Source: a virus (Duplodnaviria > Caudoviricetes). Taken from it: a stretch of 55,754 bases of DNA. The stretch lies in the IMG/VR virus record IMGVR_UViG_3300020176_000019, positions 1 to 55,754 of that record; one strand, given 5' to 3'. Shown in pieces: positions 17,952 through 25,963 of this stretch (the stretch's first letter is position 1; every line of letters begins with the position of its first letter). The notes under the pieces are model-generated. The model saw only the letters and a program-made list of their open reading frames with translations, was not told where the DNA came from and searched no databases. Position numbers and translations under genes: made by a program.

Positions 17952-19709
17952 ATGATAATATACGCATTAGATTTTGAGACCTACTATGACCGCGATTGCA
18001 GCATCAAGAAGTTAGGTCCGTTGGGATACTTCTCCCACCACTCCTTCGACGCATACATGGTTAGCGTTGTAGGGGACGACGGTTTAGAGTGGGTCGGCCA
18101 CCCTAAAGATTTTGACTGGCAACTACTGGAAGGGCAAACGGTCCTGAGCCATAACGCCAGTTTTGACGAAACGCTTTATCTTTACGGCGTGACTAAAGGC
18201 TGGTGGCCGAAGGTAGAGCCTGCCGAGTGGCACTGCACCGCCGACATGGCGGCTGCTTGCGGGTTGCCTAGATCATTGAAGAACTCCACTGCGGTAGCCT
18301 TCGATCTGGAGATCTCCAAATCCACTCGTGACAACATGTCCGGCAAGACGTGGGACGGTATGAGCGAAGATTTTAAAAGAGAGGTAGAAGAGTATGCCAT
18401 CAAGGACTCCGTTCTCTGTCTTCGTCTTTGGAAAGCCTACGAGTCCAAGTGGTCCCAGTTCGAGCGGGACATCAGTGTCCTGAATCGCCGTATTGTGCAA
18501 CGGGGAATCCCGATTGATACTGACGCTCTCCGCAAGAGTAAGGAGACCATCAACGCCCTCCTTTTCGAGACGGAGAAAGCGATTCCGTGGGGAGACGAAA
18601 AGCCTCTCCTAAGTCGAAAGGCTTTCGACGAGGAGTGTATCAAGATGGGGATTGAGCCACCTGCCTCGCTGGCTAAGACTGATGTAGATGCCCAGCGGTG
18701 GATCAAGGCCAATGGGCATAAATACAAATGGATTGAGTCAGTCACAAACTGGCGTCGCGTGAATGCGATTAAGAAGAAGCTCGATAGCTTCGAGTATGCG
18801 ACGATGCCGGACAACCGATACTATGGTGGTATCATGTATTTCGGAGGACACACCGGACGCTTTAGCGGTAGTGGTGGCAACCTGAACCTCCAGAACTTGC
18901 CCAGAGACGAGATGTTCGGCGTGAACATGCGTAACCTGATTACTGCCCCCAAAGGCAGGAAACTGGTTGTAGTCGATCTCTCGCAGATTGAGGTCCGCAC
19001 CCTTTGCTGGCTGTCGAAAGACAGGGCAACAATGGACGCGATCCAAGCGTCTGACGATATCTACGAAGCGTTTGCAATCCAGTTTGGCTTGTGGACAAAG
19101 GAACAAGGAGTTCTGAAAAAGGAGGACGCGAAGCTCCGGCACAAAGTCAAGGCCCTCGTTCTTGGCTGCGGATACGGTGCGGGTGCGAAGCGTTTTGCTG
19201 AGTTGTATGGCATGCCTCTCGAAGAGGCGGAAGAAGCCGTCGATCTGTATCGTGAGCGTCTCCATAAAGTTCCTAGATTCTGGAATAACTTGGATCATAG
19301 GGTCAAAGGGGCGATGGACAAAAGAGTTCTCAAACTCAAACTCCCCTCTGGCCGGACCCTGACCTACTCGAAACTTGAAAAGATACTGAACAGGGGCCGC
19401 TCTAACTACCTATGCCGAATCAATAGAAACGGACAACTGAGGAAAATGAATCTTTGGGGTGGCGTTTTAGCGGAGAATATGTCACAAGCTCTGGCCCGTG
19501 ACATCTTTAGCCACATGATGCTAGAGATCGACAAGGCAGGCATAGATATTATCTTCCACGTTCACGATGAAGTCATCTGCGAATGTGATGAGGATAAAGC
19601 CGAAGAAATCCTTCAAAAAATAATCAAAATCATGTCTACTCCGCCGGAGTGGATTCCCGACATTCCTCTGGATGCAGAGGGTGAAATCTTAACCAAATAC
19701 CAAAAATAA
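17952..19709 (+). CDS. polA: Family A DNA polymerase (3'-5' exonuclease + polymerase, Leu762 type)
   Basis: ExoI DFET, HNASFD, TGRFSG, NLQN, motif A DLSQIEVR, motif B RHKVKALVLGCGYG, motif C HVHDE. Confidence 0.95.
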   Translation: MIIYALDFETYYDRDCSIKKLGPLGYFSHHSFDAYMVSVVGDDGLEWVGHPKDFDWQLLEGQTVLSHNASFDETLYLYGVTKGWWPKVEPAEWHCTADMAAACGLPRSLKNSTAVAFDLEISKSTRDNMSGKTWDGMSEDFKREVEEYAIKDSVLCLRLWKAYESKWSQFERDISVLNRRIVQRGIPIDTDALRKSKETINALLFETEKAIPWGDEKPLLSRKAFDEECIKMGIEPPASLAKTDVDAQRWIKANGHKYKWIESVTNWRRVNAIKKKLDSFEYATMPDNRYYGGIMYFGGHTGRFSGSGGNLNLQNLPRDEMFGVNMRNLITAPKGRKLVVVDLSQIEVRTLCWLSKDRATMDAIQASDDIYEAFAIQFGLWTKEQGVLKKEDAKLRHKVKALVLGCGYGAGAKRFAELYGMPLEEAEEAVDLYRERLHKVPRFWNNLDHRVKGAMDKRVLKLKLPSGRTLTYSKLEKILNRGRSNYLCRINRNGQLRKMNLWGGVLAENMSQALARDIFSHMMLEIDKAGIDIIFHVHDEVICECDEDKAEEILQKIIKIMSTPPEWIPDIPLDAEGEILTKYQK

Positions 19710-21904
19710 TGACCTACAGATATTTGCGTAACCTGCGCGATACTAAGACGACGAAGACAGAAGACCTGAGTAAGCTCCCTACAAAGAAACCCTCATTTAA
19801 ATCGAAAGCGGACTACAGGGAATGGTGTAGTAACCCAAACACCAATCACGTCTTCTATTCCACCTTTGAGGGCCGTGCGCCGTCGAAGAGAATCAGCAAC
19901 GACAACCCTGTCCATAAGGTCTACGGAGTTGTCGCAGACTACGATGCCCCTATAGATTGGGGTTCATTCGACAATGATCTTGAGGTAAGTTGCAAGGCTA
20001 CCATAAAACCAACATGGGCCTCTAAGACCTACAGCGGTTATTTACGGTTGGTTTGGGAGTTTGATGAGGCAGTCCCAATCGACCCTTCGATGTTTGACTC
20101 GTTTATCCATAACCTCAACCGGACACTTAGGATAGACAAGTTGTTCGCCGGATTCGATTCGACTTCACTGAGACCCAATCAGTATTTTGAGTTGGGTGAA
20201 GAATGGCAGCAAACTAACGGCAAAGTTTCAACGGACATTGTCCATACTGCTCTGACAAAGGCTGTTACCTCCAAACCACCTGAATCTTCTGAGGTCAACA
20301 TCCCTATCGATGTCATTGCATCTGAAGTTGAATCCCGATTCCCTAATCGCTGGTTCGGTGATTTTGAAGTCGGGGCCAGAGGACCATTGTTCTGGATTGA
20401 CGACGGCATCGACCGTGATGGTTGTCAGGTCGTAGAGGACGGTATTGTCTGTTACAGTGATCGAGCTGGTAAAGGGTTCATGAGCTGGTCGGACATCTTC
20501 GGGAGTTCCTTCGTCAAGGACTACGAAACAAAGAAGCTCTCCGGCCTACTCGATGAATACTGGTTCAATGGTAGAAGCTTCTTCAAACTTCAGCACGATA
20601 AAGCGGTTTCGATCCCGAAGGATCAACTTCTTCTGGAGCTTAGGCAGGCAGGCTTCTCGACCAGAGTCAAAAAGGGTAAAGGGATTAGCGAAGTAGAGTC
20701 CGCAGTTCTCGTGATTAGTAACAACAACCGGATTGACGAGATCGCGCCTGTTGTGTTCTCACCGGATCGTATCGTCACCTACAACTCTACCCGTATCCTC
20801 AACTGCGCTACACTAGAGGCAGTCGAGCCGGATTCTGATGGAGACCCGTCTAAGTGGCCTTTCCTACATAAATGGTTGAATCAGTTGTTCGTAAATAGCT
20901 CTGAGTATTCAGCCTTAGACTACTTTTATGCATGGATGCAGAGGTTCTACTCTGCGGTCTTGAATAAAGTCCCATTGCAGGGACAAGCTTTGCTGCTGGT
21001 CGGGCCGACAGGTCGCGGCAAGTCGTTGTTGAGTAATAAAGTCATTAGCGACCTTGTAGGGGGTTTTGCTGATGCGTCTGACTACTTGTCTGGTCAGACC
21101 AAGTTCAACAAAGACTTAGGTAAGGTAGCGTCTTGGGTCATTGACGATACTACCTCAGCAGCTAGCTTTCAGGATCAGAGACGCGCCACCGAACTACTCA
21201 AGAGAGCGGTAGCTAATCCGCGAGTCGAGTATATGGCCAAATACGCTGACGCTTTGTCGATCCCTTGGACGGGTCGAGTCACGATGTCATTGAACATGGA
21301 CGCGAACTCTTTGTCAGTCATCCCTTCGCTCGATACCAGCAACCGTGATAAGCTCATGGCCCTGCTCATCAGCGAGAAGTCTACCAAGAAGTTCCCACCA
21401 AACGCAGAGGTAGAGGCTATCCTCCGAGACGAGCTTCCGTTCTTTGGTCGGTTCCTGTTGGATTGGCAAATGCCGGAAGGCGTGCGTGATGTCGGTCGAT
21501 TCGGTGTAGCTTCTTACATCGATCCCACCATTGCGGATGCAGCCTACGACAACAGTAGCCGTAGTTCGATTGCCGAACTGGTTGAGTTCTTCTCCAAGCG
21601 GTGCCGTGAAGTCTATCCTGAAATGGAGATGTGGAGCGGAACACTGACTGAGTTTCAGGTTATGATTCACGACCTTAACAACGGTCGTGATGTTGGGTCA
21701 TCACGTAATCTGGAGTTCTGCCGACGTGGCATGGTCACGCTGGAGGAAGCGAGTCGGGTCAATAAGAAGATCCGCCCGATCACCTCAGAAGGTCAAGGTG
21801 GTGGTAAGTTATGGAGCATTGACCTCGGCGAGAAATACGATATAGGTTACAGACCGGATGACCAACCAAGATCTGAAGATCAGGAGACAGGAACTCTGCG
21901 GTGA
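19709..21904 (+). CDS. Primase-helicase (AEP/PrimPol-like N-terminus, SF3/DUF5906-like NTPase)
   Basis: VVADYD..TYSG..RLVW N-terminus; Walker A GPTGRGKS; FN, VIDD. Confidence 0.75.
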   Translation: MTYRYLRNLRDTKTTKTEDLSKLPTKKPSFKSKADYREWCSNPNTNHVFYSTFEGRAPSKRISNDNPVHKVYGVVADYDAPIDWGSFDNDLEVSCKATIKPTWASKTYSGYLRLVWEFDEAVPIDPSMFDSFIHNLNRTLRIDKLFAGFDSTSLRPNQYFELGEEWQQTNGKVSTDIVHTALTKAVTSKPPESSEVNIPIDVIASEVESRFPNRWFGDFEVGARGPLFWIDDGIDRDGCQVVEDGIVCYSDRAGKGFMSWSDIFGSSFVKDYETKKLSGLLDEYWFNGRSFFKLQHDKAVSIPKDQLLLELRQAGFSTRVKKGKGISEVESAVLVISNNNRIDEIAPVVFSPDRIVTYNSTRILNCATLEAVEPDSDGDPSKWPFLHKWLNQLFVNSSEYSALDYFYAWMQRFYSAVLNKVPLQGQALLLVGPTGRGKSLLSNKVISDLVGGFADASDYLSGQTKFNKDLGKVASWVIDDTTSAASFQDQRRATELLKRAVANPRVEYMAKYADALSIPWTGRVTMSLNMDANSLSVIPSLDTSNRDKLMALLISEKSTKKFPPNAEVEAILRDELPFFGRFLLDWQMPEGVRDVGRFGVASYIDPTIADAAYDNSSRSSIAELVEFFSKRCREVYPEMEMWSGTLTEFQVMIHDLNNGRDVGSSRNLEFCRRGMVTLEEASRVNKKIRPITSEGQGGGKLWSIDLGEKYDIGYRPDDQPRSEDQETGTLR

Positions 21905-22115
21905 GTTCTGGATAGCTCTCCGCGAAGCTATTGAGAGCATTGGGGGTGATCCGTCCATTATAGACATATACATGGACGCACCCCTGTGCGAATTCGTGGA
22001 GCTAGTTGCTCCTAACGGGATAAGGCCAGTCTTCGATAAGACTGGTCATATCCATTACTTCAAGCCGCAGAAACCGGATGAAGAGCTACCGCCTGACAAC
22101 GAACGGTTGAAATGA
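21858..22115 (+). CDS. Hypothetical protein
   Basis: 85-aa ORF ending the plus-strand operon. Confidence 0.5.
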   Translation: MTNQDLKIRRQELCGEFWIALREAIESIGGDPSIIDIYMDAPLCEFVELVAPNGIRPVFDKTGHIHYFKPQKPDEELPPDNERLK

Positions 22116-22604
22116 ATCTGGCCGACGGGTCTTCTTAATCTCGATGTTGTATCCATCAGCCTTGAACCGGAATCCGTCAGCATCTACGTCGCCCTTCTTC
22201 GCGAATCTATTCTTGTGGATGATGGTCTTCTTGGGACACCAACCGCAGAGCCAAACCTTTTGCAAGTTCTCGTGGACGCGCATGAAGAAGTAAACGTCAG
22301 CCTGAAACTTGCTGAACTTTGTTTCGACGACCGAAGCATTATAATTCAACATCGGTCTCGATGTGCAACGCTTCGCTTTGACGTCAACCGTCAGACCGTC
22401 GAGTTCGTAGTCGTGAGTAAATGAATTACCGCCTACATAATCAAACTGAGGGTAAGTTTTCTCGAATGCGACCTCACCTAAGAAGCCCGTCATGTTACCT
22501 CTACCTTTAGTAAATGAGGTAGTAAGACGCCCGAGTTTTTCAGATCTTCGGTATGCTTCGGCGACGTCTTCCGGCGTTGGTTTGTAAAGTATGAATCGAC
22601 TCAT
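22086..22604 (-). CDS. PD-(D/E)XK restriction-endonuclease-like protein
   Basis: GFLGEVAF..HDY......VDVKA, DVYFF..WLCGW; same motif order as 15400-15939. Confidence 0.6.
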   Translation of the reverse strand: MSRFILYKPTPEDVAEAYRRSEKLGRLTTSFTKGRGNMTGFLGEVAFEKTYPQFDYVGGNSFTHDYELDGLTVDVKAKRCTSRPMLNYNASVVETKFSKFQADVYFFMRVHENLQKVWLCGWCPKKTIIHKNRFAKKGDVDADGFRFKADGYNIEIKKTRRPDSFQPFVVRR

Positions 22605-23065
22605 GATTTGCGCTTACGCGCTGATTTTAGAAGACGCTTCTTAGACCGATACTTAGCGGTCTTCTCTGCAATCTTCTTTGGCTGCTTGACGAATTGTTTG
22701 CCAGCACGCATGCCTTTGCGCTTCTTGCGGCTGGTGCGTGCGTATTCTTCGTCAGTCAAAGCTTCACGCGCAGCCTTCGGCAAATACCGCTCGCCTGTCT
22801 TCAAAGACGGCTTACCGGACTTGGTCCCCCACTTTTCGCGAGTCCATTTATTGAGGGATCTCTGTGGGGCTTTCTTACCCCTCCTATACCCTCCTCCAGC
22901 TTTCTTGTAGCGTGCCGCAAGTAGCTGCGCCTTGCGTGCTGACCATTGGCCAGCTCTACCACCTTTGGTTCCAGCCTTGATCTCTTTGAACAAACGCTTA
23001 CGAAGAGCTGGCTTCGTGTAGGTTCCAGCTTCGTTGACGCGAGACTTAGACTTTTTCTTTGGCAT
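22601..23065 (-). CDS. Very basic phage protein (DUF5872-like)
   Basis: YTKPALR..GG.AGQWSARKAQ..Y..AGGGY..WT.EKW..ERYLP. Confidence 0.75.
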   Translation of the reverse strand: MPKKKSKSRVNEAGTYTKPALRKRLFKEIKAGTKGGRAGQWSARKAQLLAARYKKAGGGYRRGKKAPQRSLNKWTREKWGTKSGKPSLKTGERYLPKAAREALTDEEYARTSRKKRKGMRAGKQFVKQPKKIAEKTAKYRSKKRLLKSARKRKS

Positions 23066-23229
23066 TAATATTTAGATTTTTTGCGGGTAATCTTATTAAC
23101 CCGCTTATTGGTTGTTGGCTTCATATGGCTGTAGCCTTTCTTTTTCATGGCAAGATGCTGCTCGTAGGTGTTAGCCTTGTAGCCTTTACCTGTCTTGTCA
23201 TACATTGTGTGTGGTTTAAAATCTTTCAT
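23065..23229 (-). CDS. Small basic protein (54 aa, not in track)
   Basis: MKDFKPHTMYDKTGKGYKANTYEQHLAMKKKGYSH..; overlaps both neighbours. Confidence 0.65.
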   Translation of the reverse strand: MKDFKPHTMYDKTGKGYKANTYEQHLAMKKKGYSHMKPTTNKRVNKITRKKSKY

Positions 23230-23513
23230 TTTAAGCGTTTAAGGATCCGTTCGTAGGCTGGAAAGAAGACTTCATCAATGCAACGAACACACGCTTCTTC
23301 CTCGAAGTTCTCGCAGAAAGATATTCCGGCGATGTGGAAGGAGGCGTGCAGCATTTCATGTCTGAGTGTGGGCAGTATTTCTTTTTCCGGTAGGTTTATG
23401 TTTAGGTAAATAGTCCGTCTGTCGTGAACGTATTGTCCGTAAGAATCATCAAGTTCAGTCGTTTTAATTTTGATTCGCTGACCAGCGACCATGACCGACT
23501 TTAGTGCTTTCAC
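23226..23513 (-). CDS. Small zincin-like metallopeptidase (HExxH)
   Basis: YG......TIYLN..TLRHEMLHA..EEE. Confidence 0.7.
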   Translation of the reverse strand: MKALKSVMVAGQRIKIKTTELDDSYGQYVHDRRTIYLNINLPEKEILPTLRHEMLHASFHIAGISFCENFEEEACVRCIDEVFFPAYERILKRLK

Positions 23514-23728
23514 TTCTTCGATCTGTTTGCTCTCTTGCTTAGGACTCGTAGGTTTTTTCTGGAGTTGTTCTTTGGGTTACCGTCCTTGTGGTCAATGTCT
23601 TTGCCATCGATGGCCTTCTTACCTAAGATCTTCCGCATGCGGCGACGCGCACCATTCCGACTAGCCCGATTCTTTTTCTGCTCCGGCTTCTTGTGGTAGT
23701 CGTCGTATTCTTTGCGGTAGTTTCTCAT
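23510..23728 (-). CDS. HNH endonuclease
   Basis: DIDHKDGNPKNN...NLRVL...ANR. Confidence 0.8.
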   Translation of the reverse strand: MRNYRKEYDDYHKKPEQKKNRASRNGARRRMRKILGKKAIDGKDIDHKDGNPKNNSRKNLRVLSKRANRSKK

Positions 23729-24369
23729 TATTTAAAGTAATTGAAGATTCCAGTCGCGTAGATATCCGCGACAACTGCGGGTTTCTGACCGAGCAATACC
23801 CACTCTTTCGGGCTGCTGCCGAAGAAAGGTTCGCAGATAACAGCGGGTGGTTTTACCATAGTCACAAAATGTCCGCCGCGATCTTTACGCTCAATTGGTT
23901 TCACCCCGCGATCTTTCTGAGCAACGGACTTAGATTGGTGCGCCTTATGGATGCAAAGGGCCAGTCTCTTACCTTCCGCGCTGTGTGCGTAGTAAAGGTA
24001 TTCGTAGCCTTCCGCCGAAGACGATGAGAAACTGTTAAAGTGTAGCTCGATGGCTACGTCTGCGTTGATTTTGTCAACCTCTTTGGACAACCAGCTCATC
24101 GCGCCGCTGTAGGACTCACATGGATAGTCGTCGATAATGGCGGAAGCAATGCCACGTTGCTTGAGCTGTTTCGCAAGTAGAGTAGCGACCTCTGAGTTGT
24201 AGATCCACTCGCTGATACCACCAACAGACCGTGCGCCTTTGTCACCGATACGGCTGTGTCCAATGCAGATAGCGACCTTCCCGATCTTCTTCGGTTTACG
24301 TTTTGCGGCCTTTCGCGATGCTTTGAAGGTAGCGATTAGCTCAAGTATCTTATCTAGTAATCTACTCAT
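23728..24369 (-). CDS. Endolysin, N-acetylmuramoyl-L-alanine amidase (Amidase_3)
   Basis: IGHS..GA..E..N, IELHFNS, GYE, RGVK, PAVICEPFF. Confidence 0.9.
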   Translation of the reverse strand: MSRLLDKILELIATFKASRKAAKRKPKKIGKVAICIGHSRIGDKGARSVGGISEWIYNSEVATLLAKQLKQRGIASAIIDDYPCESYSGAMSWLSKEVDKINADVAIELHFNSFSSSSAEGYEYLYYAHSAEGKRLALCIHKAHQSKSVAQKDRGVKPIERKDRGGHFVTMVKPPAVICEPFFGSSPKEWVLLGQKPAVVADIYATGIFNYFK

Positions 24370-24602
24370 TTCCCTATGATGATTGCGCGACGGTAGCTGT
24401 AGTCACTGTGGAATTTCTGGCCTCTGCCTCCCAACTGGCCTTCCTTAAAATGGTAGACCTGCCCGTCAACCAGAGTTATTGTCGGAGGATCGTAGAGCGA
24501 GCTTCTGTTCAAATCGGAGTCGTTTTGAAAGACGCTCGATCCGCAGCTTGGCAGTAGGAGAACCGTCAGCAGCGAGATCGTCGATTTGGTCTTCCAGTTC
24601 AT
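24366..24602 (-). CDS. Lipoprotein, probable o-spanin (Rz1-like)
   Basis: MNWKTKSTISLLTVLLLPSC lipobox; overlaps the upstream gene in another frame. Confidence 0.6.
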   Translation of the reverse strand: MNWKTKSTISLLTVLLLPSCGSSVFQNDSDLNRSSLYDPPTITLVDGQVYHFKEGQLGGRGQKFHSDYSYRRAIIIGK

Positions 24603-24675
24603 AAATGTAGCGTCTTCTTTTCCAGTTAAGCATAGCAACGTATGCTTTGATCAGCTCGGTGAGCAGCTTGATCAC
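24466..24675 (-). CDS. Probable i-spanin (Rz-like)
   Basis: Amphipathic N-terminus plus coiled coil; overlaps the lipoprotein gene; lysis cassette position. Confidence 0.5.
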   Translation of the reverse strand: MIKLLTELIKAYVAMLNWKRRRYIYELEDQIDDLAADGSPTAKLRIERLSKRLRFEQKLALRSSDNNSG

Positions 24676-24848
24676 TTCTTCGCGTTGAACACGTTGAGAG
24701 CGAGCCAGTCGATCACCTTATAAGCCTTACCGATAATGGTATCATCCTTCGGTGTGGGGGTAAGGGCGGCAATAGCTGACGCGGCTGCAATGATGGCGGT
24801 GACAACTCCGAAAAGTTCTTCTTTGTTTTCTAGGATGTAGTTAATCAT
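24672..24848 (-). CDS. Holin-like membrane protein (58 aa, not in track)
   Basis: MINYILENKEELFGVVTAIIAAASAIAALTPTPKDD..WLALN. Confidence 0.7.
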   Translation of the reverse strand: MINYILENKEELFGVVTAIIAAASAIAALTPTPKDDTIIGKAYKVIDWLALNVFNAKK

Positions 24849-25024
24849 TTCTTTCGATTACGGAAGTTTTCAATAGCGGTAATAGCAGACAGGACGGCAA
24901 TAATCAAGCCGAGAAAAGTCGAGATGAGTTTGATGCCCATGTCGAGATCCTCTGGCAAAGTTGACATGAACGCGATTGCGGATCCAACGATACCGGATAC
25001 AGGGTGCGTGAGGTGTTGAAACAT
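24845..25024 (-). CDS. Small two-TM protein, holin/antiholin candidate (59 aa, not in track)
   Basis: MFQHLTHPVSGIVGSAIAFMS..LISTFLGLIIAVLSAITAIENFRNRKK. Confidence 0.6.
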   Translation of the reverse strand: MFQHLTHPVSGIVGSAIAFMSTLPEDLDMGIKLISTFLGLIIAVLSAITAIENFRNRKK

Positions 25025-25365
25025 TACAGTTCTTCGGTAGGTTGAGGTTTTATAGATAAGAAGGTCTGATGAGTGAGTTCTTCAACTGATCCAGCATTAA
25101 TCGGGCCTTCCAGCATCTGGTCATCGGATTCAGTGAACCGCCAGCAATCAATCGCGATGAGCTTACCGGAACCGTCGGTAGCGTCAGCGAGCTGCTCAAC
25201 CGGAGGCAATCCGGTTAAAGTCGTGCCTTGCTTGTTTGGGTAACCACGAGTCTGGTCCACTCCAGCTACGAGAGCGGTATAGATGTCCGGTTGCACGACA
25301 TAATACCGAAAGCCGGTATCGGCTCTCGACTGCTCTATTTCTGTGAGTGGTTGTTCTTCGTCCAT
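25024..25365 (-). CDS. Small acidic tail-fibre-associated protein (paralog 3)
   Basis: Acidic 113 aa; RYYVV..GYP..GTT motif. Confidence 0.6.
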   Translation of the reverse strand: MDEEQPLTEIEQSRADTGFRYYVVQPDIYTALVAGVDQTRGYPNKQGTTLTGLPPVEQLADATDGSGKLIAIDCWRFTESDDQMLEGPINAGSVEELTHQTFLSIKPQPTEEL

Positions 25366-25367
25366 TA

Positions 25368-25709
25368 TTAAGGTTCTACAAATTCAAGTATGCCATCAAG
25401 TTCGTCGGACATCTCAAGGTCTTCTTCGACAGGTGGCTCCCAGTGTAACCGCTCAAGGTAACTCTCAAGGGTCAGCTCTTCGATGCCATCGCGGTCAAAG
25501 TCGTCAGTGTCGAGAATCAACGAACGCTTGATGCAGTAGAGTTTGTCCGTTGATGTCTCTGGGTCCAAGAAAAGGTCAGACCACAAGGCCAACCACCGTG
25601 TCGTCCCGTTGTCGTCTGGGAGTGACCGCGCAGTGTTACCAGCAGTCGTTAGTTGGTCATACGATTGCTCGTTGCTAAACCGGAAGAAGCGATGGGTTTC
25701 GTCTGTCAT
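25368..25709 (-). CDS. Small acidic tail-fibre-associated protein (paralog 2)
   Basis: Acidic 113 aa; RFFRF..SLP..GTTRW motif. Confidence 0.6.
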   Translation of the reverse strand: MTDETHRFFRFSNEQSYDQLTTAGNTARSLPDDNGTTRWLALWSDLFLDPETSTDKLYCIKRSLILDTDDFDRDGIEELTLESYLERLHWEPPVEEDLEMSDELDGILEFVEP

Positions 25710-25963
25710 TAGTTGAGTGATTCAAGTGGTGGAAAGAAGTCAGCGATAGAGTCAACGGTAGGGGCATCAAGTGGCTCGTCGTTGTCGTCGAAGCCTTCGA
25801 TAAGTGCATAGGATGGATGTTTAATCATAGCAAACTGGCCGCCTTCGTGGTGTTCAATAACATCAGCCCAGCGAACAGTCGTGGTTCCGTCGTAGTTTTC
25901 ACCAGCGACTACTTTATCGTTGTAAGCGTCGAGTGTGTCTCGGTCTGTAGATGTGTAATACAT
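25709..25963 (-). CDS. Small acidic tail-fibre-associated protein (paralog 1)
   Basis: 84 aa; YYT..NY.GTTTVRW motif; coupled to the fibre gene. Confidence 0.6.
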   Translation of the reverse strand: MYYTSTDRDTLDAYNDKVVAGENYDGTTTVRWADVIEHHEGGQFAMIKHPSYALIEGFDDNDEPLDAPTVDSIADFFPPLESLN

